Source: Phycisphaerae bacterium (GTDB taxonomy: Bacteria > Planctomycetota > Phycisphaerae > SM23-33). From it: a stretch of 63,590 nucleotides of DNA. A program made the translations under genes and the position numbers. Below, piece by piece: positions 1-9,777 of this stretch (position 1 is its first letter; each line of letters opens with the position of its first letter). Under the pieces are notes generated by a model. It did no database searches. It was not told the origin of the DNA and worked only from the letters and a program-made list of their open reading frames with translations. The stretch lies in NCBI GenBank assembly GCA_003551645.1, contig PUND01000065.1:1-63590 (forward strand), in the 5' to 3' direction.

Positions 1-1100
1 ATCGAGACCGGGATGGCCGCGGCGATGATGCTCGTGCTGCGGAAGTTTCGCAGGAACACCAGCAGCACCAGCACCGCGAACAGTCCGCCGTACATGGCCG
101 CCGAACCCACGTTGCTGATGGACCGCTGTATGAAGTCCGACGTGTCCACGATGGGGATGATTTGAATCTGCGGAATATCCTCGTTGACACGCTCGACCTC
201 CTCCAGCACCCGGCGGGCGACCTCCACGGTGTTGGTGCCGGACTGTTTGTTGACGGTCAGCCGCAGCCCCGGCTGGCCGTCAACACGGACTATCCGCCTG
301 ACCCTCGCCCAGCCGTCGGTGACCTCGGCCACGTCGCCCAGTCGGACTGTCGAATCGCCCTGGCCGGCTATGCTCGTGCCGCGGACCTCATCGAGTGTGA
401 CGAACTCCCCGGGCGTTCGCACCGTCAGCTCGAGGTGCCCTTCCTCGATCACCCCGGCGGGCATGGTGATATTGGCCCGTCTCAGGCGCGAGACTACCTG
501 CTGAACGGGCATGTCCATCGCCTGGAGCTTGCCCGGGTCGAGGTCAACGTGTATTTCCCGCTCCAGGCCGCCCCAGATGTCCATCGCGGCCACGCCGGGG
601 ACACGCTCCAGGCGATACTTGATGTCATCTTCTATGATCTGCCTGGTGGTTATAGGGTCCAGACCGCTGGAGGCGCCCATGATGAGTATGGGAAAGGCCG
701 CCGGGTCGAACTTCCTCAGCATCGGACGCGCGGCGTCGTCGGGCAGGCCCGGGATGACCCTGTCAAGCCGGTCGCGGACGTCGTTGGCCGCGGCGTCCAG
801 GTCCGTTCCCCATGTGAAGCTGACCGAAACGCTGCTGTTTCCCTCGGATGAGACCGACGAGACCTCCTCCACGCCCGGAACAGCGGCCATCGCCTGCTCG
901 ATCGGGCGGGTGATCAACTGCTCGATCTCCTCCGGGCTGGCGTACTCGTAGGAGGTGGAGATGCTCAGCGTCGGGTAGCTGATGTCCGGCATCAGGTCCA
1001 CCGGCAGCCGCATAAGCGCTATTCCGCCCATGATGATAACGCTGAGCGTGGCCATCGCGGTAAAGACCGGCCGGCGTACGGAAAACGGCGCCAGGTTCAC
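1..1100 (-). CDS. RND efflux transporter permease (AcrB/AcrD/AcrF family), 3' part outside the window
   Basis: Manual translation from GTG at 1100: VNLAPFSVRRPVFTAMATLSVIIMGGIALMRLPVDLMPDISYPTLSISTSYEYASPEEIEQLITRPIEQAM, a typical AcrB N-terminus. It lies directly downstream of the membrane fusion protein gene and is absent from the ORF track because the window edge truncates it. Confidence 0.95.
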   Translation of the reverse strand, partial: MNLAPFSVRRPVFTAMATLSVIIMGGIALMRLPVDLMPDISYPTLSISTSYEYASPEEIEQLITRPIEQAMAAVPGVEEVSSVSSEGNSSVSVSFTWGTDLDAAANDVRDRLDRVIPGLPDDAARPMLRKFDPAAFPILIMGASSGLDPITTRQIIEDDIKYRLERVPGVAAMDIWGGLEREIHVDLDPGKLQAMDMPVQQVVSRLRRANITMPAGVIEEGHLELTVRTPGEFVTLDEVRGTSIAGQGDSTVRLGDVAEVTDGWARVRRIVRVDGQPGLRLTVNKQSGTNTVEVARRVLEEVERVNEDIPQIQIIPIVDTSDFIQRSISNVGSAAMYGGLFAVLVLLVFLRNFRSTSIIAAAIPVS

Positions 1101-1103
1101 GAG

Positions 1104-2324
1104 CTATTCCTCCCGGCCGGCCGTCCGGGCCGGCGCCGGGGCCGCGTCGTCGGATACGACGGTCACGGACGCCCCGTCTTCGAGCAGATGATGCCCGAGC
1201 GTTACCACCATTCCGTCAATCTCCGGCTCAATTATCTGAACCCACCCGTCTTCGCTTGCGCCGGTCACCACCGGCACGAACTCGACCGTATCGGCCTGTC
1301 GGTCTATCAGGAAAACACCGGTCTCGTCGTTGCGCCTGCTGACGGCAGAGGCCGGAACCGCAGTGGCGTCCTCGTGGGCCTCCAACTCGATGCTGACCCG
1401 CACGAACATGCCCGGCGCCAGCAGCAAATCTGGATTCGGAACCTCCAGCTCCACCCTCGCCTGTCGGGATTCCTCTTTCAGAACCGGCGCCTTCCGCGCC
1501 ACCTGGCCGCTGAACGTCCGGCCCGGCCAGGCGTCGCTGCGTATGTTGGCCTCCTGCCCGACGGTTATGCCCGGGTAGTCCCGCTCGATGACGTGTATGA
1601 CCGCCGTCAGCGGGTCGGCCTGGACTATCGAGACGATGGGGTCGTTCGCACGCAGCATGCTGCCGGCATCGACGAACCGCTCAGCCACCACTCGCTGCGA
1701 GTCGGCGTCACCTTCGTTCGCCCACGTGGCGTGAATCCGGGTGTACCTCTGCCGAACACGAGCCGCCTCAAGGGCCGCCTCCCGCTGCTTTATCTGCGCC
1801 TTGACCACCTCGTGACCGGCGTCGGCGGCGGCGTATTTGCCCTGCGCCTGGTCCAGGTCCGCCTCGGAAACCACCCTCTCCTCGCGAAGCTCCTGCACAC
1901 GCTCGTACTCCCTGCGCGCCAGCTCCAGGTTGCTGCGCGAGTCGGCGAGGTTGGCCTGGCTGACCTCCAGCTCCGCCTCGGCCTGTGCGACCGCCTGGTC
2001 GTATTCGGCGCTGTCCAGGACCGCCACCAAGTCTTCGCTGTTGACGAAATCGCCTATGTTGACCTTAAGCTCTTCCAGCCGTCCGCTGACGTTCGGCGCC
2101 ACGACTACGCGGCTTTTCGGGCGCAGCGTGCCGGTGAACCCGGCCACGTCGCGAATCGTCCGGGTTTCCACGGGATGGGCCTCCACGGCCACGGCGCGGC
2201 CGTTCCCGCGGCCGCGGCCGGAACCGGAGCCGGCCTCCGTCTGATCAGCGAGCCGCCGCTGAACCAGCAAACCCAGCAGCGCCAGGGCGCCGACCAGGAC
2301 AATAGCGACGAATAGTTTCTTCAT
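1104..2324 (-). CDS. RND efflux periplasmic adaptor (membrane fusion protein)
   Basis: N-terminal membrane anchor, lipoyl-like halves flanking a coiled coil, and the motifs APNVSGRL, LLLAPGMFVRV and AVPASAV. Start taken at MKKLFV (2324). Confidence 0.93.
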   Translation of the reverse strand: MKKLFVAIVLVGALALLGLLVQRRLADQTEAGSGSGRGRGNGRAVAVEAHPVETRTIRDVAGFTGTLRPKSRVVVAPNVSGRLEELKVNIGDFVNSEDLVAVLDSAEYDQAVAQAEAELEVSQANLADSRSNLELARREYERVQELREERVVSEADLDQAQGKYAAADAGHEVVKAQIKQREAALEAARVRQRYTRIHATWANEGDADSQRVVAERFVDAGSMLRANDPIVSIVQADPLTAVIHVIERDYPGITVGQEANIRSDAWPGRTFSGQVARKAPVLKEESRQARVELEVPNPDLLLAPGMFVRVSIELEAHEDATAVPASAVSRRNDETGVFLIDRQADTVEFVPVVTGASEDGWVQIIEPEIDGMVVTLGHHLLEDGASVTVVSDDAAPAPARTAGREE

Positions 2325-2399
2325 GGGGTTACCTTGGTTGTTCGGCGCCGCGGCCGACGGCAAATCGCCGGCGGCCCGCCCGGCGCCATGCAGAAGGAA

Positions 2400-2720
2400 T
2401 CTTACCGCAGTTTGTCACTTATACAGACACCTCTGTCGAGGAGGTAGTTGTGGGTTACCATGCGGGAGCAACCCCGGTGCGCATATCGCTGCACAGGAGT
2501 GTCGGCGTGCTGTGCAGCTAAACGCAGACACCGGCCTTTTATTGCAGACCGGTCGGCCTCTCGACCTGGACCGACGTTTATGTTATCATGGAATGTAGAT
2601 GACTTTGGCGGGCAATCTCGTCGAGCTTTACCTCATGGACACGCCTGGCCGGCAGCAGCCGCTCGACCACACGCATCATGCGTTCGCGTCTCGACAAAGC
2701 GGGCACAACTAAACCGTTAA
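2400..2720 (-). pseudogene. Degraded TetR/AcrR-family regulator
   Basis: Minus-strand translation LSRRERMMRVVERLLPARRVHEVKLDEIARQ resembles TetR helices 1-2. The recognition helix (AGVGKGTIY-like) is missing and the frame breaks soon after. It sits immediately upstream of an RND operon. Confidence 0.45.
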
Positions 2721-2854
2721 GTACTGAAGGGTCTTTCTTATGAAAAGAAAACCGCACCGGCCGTGTCAACAAAACCGAACCCGCATGTGTAAACTTTCAC
2801 TGGCAACCGCGCCTTGCCGATAGATAGAATGGCGACAAAGGAAAATATCGGTTC

Positions 2855-3172
2855 ATGTCAACAGACCCGTATATTTTGGCGGCCCCGCCCTTGGCGTGGT
2901 CCATCGGCTGGCCGGAGATCGTCCTGGTACTGCTGGTGATACTGCTGCTGTTCGGCGGCAGGAAGCTGCCGGAGCTTGCCCGTTCACTCGGAAGGGGGTT
3001 ACGCGAGTTCAAGGAAGAGATGGGCGGAGTCAAGAGGGACCTCGAAGCCGACGACAGCGAGAAGCCGGACGAATCGGACGCGAAGTCCGACCAGCCGGAG
3101 CACCCGGCCGACGAGCGGGGCGACAGCCGGGACCGGGCCGACGACGACCGTCGCGACAACCACAACCCTTAA
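2855..3172 (+). CDS. tatA: Twin-arginine translocase TatA/TatE subunit
   Basis: GWPEIVLVLLVILLLFGGRKLPELARSLGRGLREFK is the canonical TatA TM plus amphipathic helix, followed by an acidic tail. Confidence 0.95.
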   Translation: MSTDPYILAAPPLAWSIGWPEIVLVLLVILLLFGGRKLPELARSLGRGLREFKEEMGGVKRDLEADDSEKPDESDAKSDQPEHPADERGDSRDRADDDRRDNHNP

Positions 3173-3192
3173 TCACCACACACAGCGCCGCA

Positions 3193-3963
3193 TCATGCGC
3201 TTCCCCCGGCCGGCGTTTCATCCACGAAGACCCGCACCAGCAGCACGCCAAGCTCGTACAGCAGCCACATCGGCAGCGCCAGCGCCACCTGGTCCAGCGG
3301 CGAAGGCGACGTCGCCACCGCCCCCAGCAGGAACATGCAGACTATCACGTGCCGGCGGTATTTCGACAACTGCCCGCGGGTAACCACGCCCATCCTCGCC
3401 AGCAACAGCACCACTATCGGCGTCTGAAAAGCCAGGCCGAACACCAGCATCAGCCCGAGCATCATCGAGACGTGATTGTCGAAGGTGATATCCGCACGAA
3501 GGTTCAGCCAGCCGCTGAAGCCGATGAAGAACCTCAGCACCGGAACCGCCACGCCCAGCAGAAAGAACGCCGCCCCGGCCAGAAACAGCCCGGCCGAGAC
3601 CGCCACCGCCGGCAACACCATCCGCCTCTCGCGACGATGCAGCCCGGCCGCCATGAACATCCAGAGCTGGTAAAACACCCACGGGGACGACAGCACCAGT
3701 CCGGCCACAAGTGCGACTTTCAAGTATATGAGAAACCCCTCCGCGGCGTGCAGGACGATAAGCTCCGGCTCCCGGCCCGTCTCGGCCATCGCGCGGATGT
3801 AGGGGTGTTTCAGCGCATCGACCAAGTGGTTCCCGGCCGCCATGGCTATCGCGACCCCCACGGCCAGTCCCAAAAGCGCGCGGATAATCCGCCGACGAAG
3901 CTCCTCCAGATGCTCGCCGACGGTCATTCTGGCTTCATGCGCGGTTGACGGTTCATCGTCCAT
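3193..3963 (-). CDS. tatC: Twin-arginine translocase TatC
   Basis: MTVGEHLEELRRRII, YQLWMFMAAGL, FGLAFQTP, ATSPSPLDQ, LYELG and six hydrophobic segments. Confidence 0.95.
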   Translation of the reverse strand: MDDEPSTAHEARMTVGEHLEELRRRIIRALLGLAVGVAIAMAAGNHLVDALKHPYIRAMAETGREPELIVLHAAEGFLIYLKVALVAGLVLSSPWVFYQLWMFMAAGLHRRERRMVLPAVAVSAGLFLAGAAFFLLGVAVPVLRFFIGFSGWLNLRADITFDNHVSMMLGLMLVFGLAFQTPIVVLLLARMGVVTRGQLSKYRRHVIVCMFLLGAVATSPSPLDQVALALPMWLLYELGVLLVRVFVDETPAGGSA

Positions 3964-4126
3964 ATCGAAGCGACCTCGGACGCCGGCCACGCGGCGGCGG
4001 GGCATTGTAGCAGCCGGAGGAGGTCATTTGCGAAGGGTCTCGGCCGTCACTGAGTCCGCCAGGCCGAAGCGCGGTTCCGGCACCGCCGCCGCGGGCCTCG
4101 CGGGGCCAAGCACCATGGCCGCCCGG

Positions 4127-5692
4127 TCAGCTTGCCTCGTCGCGCATCGCCAGCGCGCCGGTCGGGCACGCGGCCGCGCATTGGCGGGCGGCCGTCTTGA
4201 GGCCCTTCGAAAGCGGCTCGCCGAACGGCACCTGCACGCGGACATCGAAACCCCGCCCGACGAACGTCAGCCCCAGCGGCTCCTTATGCTCGGCCGCGAC
4301 CCGCACGCATACGCCGCACTTGATGCACTTGGTCGGCTCATAGACCACCCCCGCGCCGTCGATGCGAGTATAGGTCCGCCGGTCGCCGTGGAAGCGCCTC
4401 GGCGAGGCCTCGTACTCGGCCGAGTGGAGCCGAAGCTTGCAGGAGCTTTTCTTGCGGCAGTCACACCGCAGGCAGCGGCGCGCCTCGGAGCGGGCCAGCG
4501 AATCGCGAAGCTCTCCCGGCTGGGCAGCCCCGGGAATGCGGGCGACCCTGTTGGCGTGGTTCAGGAAGGTCTCCATCTCCTGCTCGCCGAGCCGCCCCAT
4601 GTGACAGCTCCACTGCCGCCGGGGAGCGTCCGTATTGTCTCCGGCGAGCATAAGGCCGATGGATGCGGCGGCGGCCTTTCCGTCGGCCACCGAACGGACG
4701 GTCATCCGCCGGGCGCGGACCACGTCGCCGCCGGCGAAGACCCTCGCCCGAGACGTAAGCAGACTGTCGCGCGCAACCGAGACCTTGCCGTCGCGCACGT
4801 CCAGCCCGAACGGCCGGGACCCCTCCGACAGCCGACCGACGCCGACGAACACCGCGTCGAAACTCCCAAGCAGCTCCTCCAGCGAGACGGCCTTGCCGAC
4901 CTCCACGCCGAAGCGGAACTCCACCTCCATGTCTCGCACACAGTCCGCCTCGGCGTGCAGTATCCGCCTGGGCAGACGGTCTTCGCCGAGGGCGTAGCGG
5001 AGCATCCCGCCGGGCTGGTCGCGTCTTTCAAAAATGGTGCATGCGTGACCGGCCCGCCGGAGATGCCAGGCGGCCGACAGTCCCGCCGGACCCGCCCCGA
5101 CCACGGCCACGCTCCTGCCGGTATCGGCCGCGGGCTTGGGCGTATAGGGCCTGTGGCCGCCGGTGAGGTCGGCCTCGGCTGCGTAGCCCTTCAGTTGCAT
5201 GATTGATACGGCCTCGTCGGCCGCCGCCCGACGACAGGCCTTCTCGCAAGGCGCCGAGCATATCCGACCCAGCACCGCCGGCAGGGGGATGTCGGTTTTT
5301 ATTACCTCTATTGCCTCGCGGAGCTTGCCCTGGCCGATGTATCGCAGCATTTGGGGTATGTCCAGCCCGGCCGGACACGCGACGGTGCACGGTGCGTCGC
5401 AGTCGCCCAGGTGATCGCTTAGCAGAAGCTCCAGGGCGTTCCCGCGGGCCTCCAGGACCTCCGGGGTGTTGGTGAACACACGCATCCGGTCTTCACAGAC
5501 GGTCCCGCAAGAGGGCATTAGACCTTCCTGTCCGACGACCTTCACCAGACAGACCATGCAGCTCGTCCGGGCCGGCTTGCCCGGCAGGTGACAGAGCGTG
5601 GGTATGTTCACGCCCAACCCGCGGGCCACCTCAAGGACGGTCTGGCCCGGCTTGAACTCCACCTGGTGATTGTCGATTTGAATACTGGGCAT
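4127..5692 (-). CDS. Fe-S/FAD oxidoreductase: NuoG/HydA-like N-terminal 2Fe-2S domain with an inserted GltD/NfnB-like FAD domain (StnC/NsoC-like, shortened)
   Basis: IPTLCH..SCMVC..PSC (2Fe-2S), DCDAPCTVACP, GRICSAPCEKAC, VVGAGPAGLSAA (FAD binding), VFAGGD, CLRCDC..C, CIKCGVC and CPTGAL. Confidence 0.85.
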   Translation of the reverse strand: MPSIQIDNHQVEFKPGQTVLEVARGLGVNIPTLCHLPGKPARTSCMVCLVKVVGQEGLMPSCGTVCEDRMRVFTNTPEVLEARGNALELLLSDHLGDCDAPCTVACPAGLDIPQMLRYIGQGKLREAIEVIKTDIPLPAVLGRICSAPCEKACRRAAADEAVSIMQLKGYAAEADLTGGHRPYTPKPAADTGRSVAVVGAGPAGLSAAWHLRRAGHACTIFERRDQPGGMLRYALGEDRLPRRILHAEADCVRDMEVEFRFGVEVGKAVSLEELLGSFDAVFVGVGRLSEGSRPFGLDVRDGKVSVARDSLLTSRARVFAGGDVVRARRMTVRSVADGKAAAASIGLMLAGDNTDAPRRQWSCHMGRLGEQEMETFLNHANRVARIPGAAQPGELRDSLARSEARRCLRCDCRKKSSCKLRLHSAEYEASPRRFHGDRRTYTRIDGAGVVYEPTKCIKCGVCVRVAAEHKEPLGLTFVGRGFDVRVQVPFGEPLSKGLKTAARQCAAACPTGALAMRDEAS

Positions 5693-5693
5693 G

Positions 5694-8012
5694 TTATTCA
5701 ACTTCCACGGCGTCGGCGGGGCATACATCGCGGCAGGCGCCGCAGCGGATGCATTCTTCCGTGTCGATTTCGTGTTTCTCGTGCGGCCGGGCGACAATCG
5801 CGTCGGCCGGGCAGTCCTGCGCGCATCGTGTGCAGCCGATACAGTTGTCGTTTATGCCGTATGTTATAAGGGCGGTGCACTGCTTCGCCGGGCATCGGCC
5901 CCGGATGTGCGCCTCGTACTCATCTCGAAAATGCTCCAGCGTGGATAGCACCGGGTTGGGGGCGGTCTTGCCAAGTCCGCAGAGACTGTTGTCCCGTATT
6001 GAATGCCCCAGCCGTTCCAGCTCCCGCAGGTCGCCGTCGGCGCCCTCGCCGCCGCAGAGCCGCTCCAACATGCGCAGCATCAGGCGGGTCCCGACGCGAC
6101 AGAAGGTGCATTTGCCGCACGACTGGTCCTGGGTGAACTCCAGGAAGTACCGCGCTATTTCCACCATGCAGTCGTCCTCGTCGAGCACGACCAGCCCGCC
6201 CGAACCCATCATCGCGCCGACGTGGACCAGTGCCTCATAGTCCACCGGCGTATCGGCCAGCGATTCCGGAACGCAGCCGCCGGAAGGCCCGCCGACCTGC
6301 ACGGCCTTGAAGCGCTTACCTTCGCCTATGCCGCCGCCGACCTCGTGAACCACCCTGCGCAGCGTGATACCCATCGGCACTTCGATAAGCGCGTTGCGGT
6401 TCACCTTTCCGGCCAGAGCGAACACCTTGGTGCCCTTGCTGTGCTCGGTGCCAAGTTTGGCGAATTCGTCGGCCCCGTTGCGGAGGATCCACGGCACAAG
6501 CGCGAAGGTCTCCACGTTGTTGACCAGCGTCGGCCTGCCCCACAGCCCGCTCCGCGACGGATACGGCGGCCGAAGCCGGGGGTTGCCGCGACGGCCCATG
6601 ATCGACTCCAGCAGGGCGGTCTCCTCTCCGCAGACGAATGCGCCGGCGCCCTCCATGACCCGCATCTTCAGATCGCCCAGCAGCCCCTCCTGCTCGCAGT
6701 GGGATATCGCTTCGCGCACGCGCGGTATCGCCAGCGGATACTCCTGGCGGATGTACAGAATCGCCTCGCCCGCGCCGATGGTTTGAGCGGCGGCGGCTAT
6801 GCCCTCGATGACGCTGTAGGGATAGCTCTCAAGGATCATCCGGTCCATGAACGCCCCGGGGTCGCCCTCGTCGCCGTTGCACACGACGTATTTGACGTCG
6901 GAGTCCGCCTCGGCGACCTCCCGCCATTTCTCGGCGGTCGGGAACCCGGCGCCGCCCCGGCCGCGAAGCCCGCTGCGTTCGATTTCGCCCAGCACCTGCT
7001 CGGCCGACATATCCTCGCGGCACTTACGAAGCGCCTCGAAGCCGCCCGTTTCCAGGTACTCCCGCAGGTCCAGCGGGTCGCTGCGTCCGGCTCGTTCGGT
7101 GACCAGCAGCACCTGCGGGTCCCAGAAGCTCGAAGCCCGCTGCGTGCTCATATCCAGCCCGTATCGCGTCACCGGCTCCCAGGCGTCGTCGGTCAGCAGA
7201 TGCTCAAGCGCCGTGGAGGCCGTGCGCCGCGCCTTCGCCAGCACGCCGCCGGGATGCAGGTGTCTGCCGAGAATCGCCCTCACATCGTCCGGGCGGACCT
7301 GTGCGTAAAGGTGCGAGCCGTCGTCCGGCGTAACTATCTCCACCAGCGGCGTCTCGTGGCACATGTTCACGCAGCTTACCGGCTTGACCTTCGCGTCGAT
7401 GCCAAGGTCCGCCAGCGCCTTGTCGATGGCCTGCTTGACGTCCCGTGTGCCGCGGGCGACGCAGCAGGAGTCCAGCGTGATTCGGATTTCCGCCTCCCGA
7501 GGCGTGCCCGGCCGGCGCCGGCGCTGCTTGGCGCGGCGTTTCTGAAGCTCAAGGAAGTCATCCAGCGAGCGGGTGATACTCTCGGTGGTAAGGTGTCCGA
7601 AGGTCACGTCGTCTATCTGCATCACCGGCGCCAGCGAGCAGCAGCCCAGGCAGGCGACTCGCTCGACGGTGAAGACCCCTTCGCTGTCGGTATCCTCGTC
7701 GCCCTCGATGCCGAGGTGTTTGCAAAGCGCGTCGGTTACCAGCGGAGCGCCTTTGACGTGGCAGGCGGTGCCGTGGCAGACGCGGACGGTATGCCGCCCG
7801 GCGGGACGGAGCCGAAACTGCGTGTAGAATGTGCTTACGCTTTCGACCGCGGCGGGCGTGATGTCGGCAATCTCGCAGAGCCGGCGCAGCGCCTGCTCGG
7901 GCAGATACCTGTACCTGGCCTGGATCGCCTGAAGCAGCGGTATCAGAGCGTCCTCGCTACGCCCGAGCCGCTCGACCACTTCGTCAACATGTGTCAGGTC
8001 AGGTTCCGCCAC
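5694..8012 (-). CDS. Fused NuoE + thioredoxin-like 2Fe-2S + NuoF + 2x[4Fe-4S] flavoprotein (HydBC/BfuBC-type NADH module)
   Basis: VCHGTACH..CLGCCSLAP (NuoE), SCC..CVNMC (second 2Fe-2S), SGLRGRGGAGFPT, CNGDEGDPGAFMDR, FVCGEET, SCGKCTFCRVG..LCGLG, HIRGRCPAKQC and two C-terminal CxxCxxCxxxCP motifs. GTG start at 8012 follows a purine-rich RBS. Confidence 0.92.
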   Translation of the reverse strand: MAEPDLTHVDEVVERLGRSEDALIPLLQAIQARYRYLPEQALRRLCEIADITPAAVESVSTFYTQFRLRPAGRHTVRVCHGTACHVKGAPLVTDALCKHLGIEGDEDTDSEGVFTVERVACLGCCSLAPVMQIDDVTFGHLTTESITRSLDDFLELQKRRAKQRRRRPGTPREAEIRITLDSCCVARGTRDVKQAIDKALADLGIDAKVKPVSCVNMCHETPLVEIVTPDDGSHLYAQVRPDDVRAILGRHLHPGGVLAKARRTASTALEHLLTDDAWEPVTRYGLDMSTQRASSFWDPQVLLVTERAGRSDPLDLREYLETGGFEALRKCREDMSAEQVLGEIERSGLRGRGGAGFPTAEKWREVAEADSDVKYVVCNGDEGDPGAFMDRMILESYPYSVIEGIAAAAQTIGAGEAILYIRQEYPLAIPRVREAISHCEQEGLLGDLKMRVMEGAGAFVCGEETALLESIMGRRGNPRLRPPYPSRSGLWGRPTLVNNVETFALVPWILRNGADEFAKLGTEHSKGTKVFALAGKVNRNALIEVPMGITLRRVVHEVGGGIGEGKRFKAVQVGGPSGGCVPESLADTPVDYEALVHVGAMMGSGGLVVLDEDDCMVEIARYFLEFTQDQSCGKCTFCRVGTRLMLRMLERLCGGEGADGDLRELERLGHSIRDNSLCGLGKTAPNPVLSTLEHFRDEYEAHIRGRCPAKQCTALITYGINDNCIGCTRCAQDCPADAIVARPHEKHEIDTEECIRCGACRDVCPADAVEVE

Positions 8013-8019
8013 AGGCGAT

Positions 8020-9777
8020 TCATTCCTTTCCCACGGCCCACAGGTGTCGTCGGCCGCGGATGTAGATGCGTCCGTCCACGTACGCCGGAGAGCAGTTGGA
8101 CCGCTCGGACAGATCGGCCGTGCCGAGTTCGTCATACTCATCCGCCGTCGCCGAGAACCGGTGCATCACGCCGTCGGATGTCAGCAGATGCACCTCATCA
8201 CCCACAAGCGTCGGCGAGGAGCGGACGGTCGAGTCGAAGTCGTGCTCGTAGATCATGTCGCCCGTCTCGGCGTCGAGGCAGGTCATCAATCCATAGGTCT
8301 GCACAAGCCAGATGCGATCGTCGGTCGCCAGAGGACTTACGATGTCCGGCAGGTCGTCGTAGGCGATCCATTCGATGTGGGTATCCGTAACGTCGCCTTC
8401 GCCGCCGGTGCGGATGGCCGATAGCTGCGAGTATGCCGTTACCGCGTACACCTTGCCGTCGGCATACGTCGGGGACGGTCCCACGTCGCCTGTCAGACAG
8501 TCGGCCCGCCATATCTCGCCGCCGTCGGCCGGGTCGTAGGCGATTACCCACGGGCTGGAGGTGGTTATCAACTGCTCACCGTCGGGCGTATCCGCCACCA
8601 GCGGCGTGGACCAGGAGTTCATCACCGGGCGTTCCTTAAGATACCGCACCGAGCCGGTCTCCAGGTCCAGCCCGTACAGCTCGCTGTACATGGCTTCCGG
8701 GTCCGTGCCCTGGTCGTACTGGATGATGACCTTGTCGCCGTGAATAATCGGCGAGGAGGCATGGCCGTAGATGTTGTCCGGTGGCCCCAGGTTGCGGGCC
8801 CATGCTCGCTCACCCTCCATATCGGTGCAGATCACGTCGCCGTTGGCGAAAACCGCTACCACATACCTGCCGTCGGTGGCAGGGCTTGGCGCGGCATATC
8901 CGGTGTCGTCCATCACGCTAGGCGCATCGGGCCGGGCGCCGGGGATATTGACCGCCCGGTGGCGCCAGAGCAGCTCGCCTGTGTCGGCGTTATAGCAGTA
9001 AAGCTCGCGATTTTCGGCGTCGGCACCGGTGATAAACACCCTGTGGCCGGCGACGACAGGCGAGTTGTGCCCCGGAAGCGGTATCTGCTCGGACTTCCAG
9101 AGGATGTTCCGCCCGCTCTCGCCGTCCCAGTCGTCGGGAAAGTCCCCGTCGGGCGCGACCCCAAGCCCGCCGGGTCCGCGGAAGCGTGGCCAGTCCGCCG
9201 AGACCTCAACCGCCTCGGGGGCGGGTTCATCCTCGGTATCGACACCCGCAACCGGCTCCGGTTCTTCCGGGGCGACGCGCCTGGCAAGCGGGTCGGGCGA
9301 GACCAGCGCCAGTGCTGTGATGGCGGCCGCCAGTGCTATAGAGGCCGCCCCGATCGACCACCGGGCGGTTTTCCTCCGGGCGATCTCGCGCCTGCTCAAA
9401 TCGCCCGAGCCGCCGGGGACCTTCACCGGACGACCCGAGGCCGCGACGTGTGCGGATATCAGCAGTGCGGCCACGCCGCCGGCAAGCAGCCAGCCGCCGC
9501 GACGCATGAACGCCTGCCGCCGAAAGAACTCCCGCCGCAGCCGAAGGTCCGCTTCGCGAATCCGCTCGCGCAGCTCCCCGTCGCCGGGGGTTCTGTCCAG
9601 CTCCGCCCGGAGTTGCTGGAACCGCGGCGATTCCCAGGGGTCGGCGCCCTCGGCGCCGGACCATTCCCAGACCAGCAGACCGGCCACCATCAAACAGAAC
9701 ATGGCGCAGACCAGGACCATCGACCGGGCGGCCCGGCGACGGGTGGCGAGGCGTTTGTCGTCGGTCGGGGACATCAA
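8020..9777 (-). CDS. Membrane-anchored PQQ/BamB-like beta-propeller protein with three N-terminal TM segments
   Basis: Three hydrophobic segments, then DWPRFRGPGGLG and repeated W..SP/SSP propeller blades. Confidence 0.85.
   Translation of the reverse strand: MMSPTDDKRLATRRRAARSMVLVCAMFCLMVAGLLVWEWSGAEGADPWESPRFQQLRAELDRTPGDGELRERIREADLRLRREFFRRQAFMRRGGWLLAGGVAALLISAHVAASGRPVKVPGGSGDLSRREIARRKTARWSIGAASIALAAAITALALVSPDPLARRVAPEEPEPVAGVDTEDEPAPEAVEVSADWPRFRGPGGLGVAPDGDFPDDWDGESGRNILWKSEQIPLPGHNSPVVAGHRVFITGADAENRELYCYNADTGELLWRHRAVNIPGARPDAPSVMDDTGYAAPSPATDGRYVVAVFANGDVICTDMEGERAWARNLGPPDNIYGHASSPIIHGDKVIIQYDQGTDPEAMYSELYGLDLETGSVRYLKERPVMNSWSTPLVADTPDGEQLITTSSPWVIAYDPADGGEIWRADCLTGDVGPSPTYADGKVYAVTAYSQLSAIRTGGEGDVTDTHIEWIAYDDLPDIVSPLATDDRIWLVQTYGLMTCLDAETGDMIYEHDFDSTVRSSPTLVGDEVHLLTSDGVMHRFSATADEYDELGTADLSERSNCSPAYVDGRIYIRGRRHLWAVGKE

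Noticed and set aside
4127-8012. Complex I, hydrogenase or formate dehydrogenase call
   Set aside because: No NuoA-D/H-N genes, no H-cluster or NiFe motifs and no molybdopterin domain.
6003-8390. 795-aa plus-strand ORF
   Set aside because: Antisense shadow of the NuoEF-like gene; no motifs, and typical of high-GC DNA.
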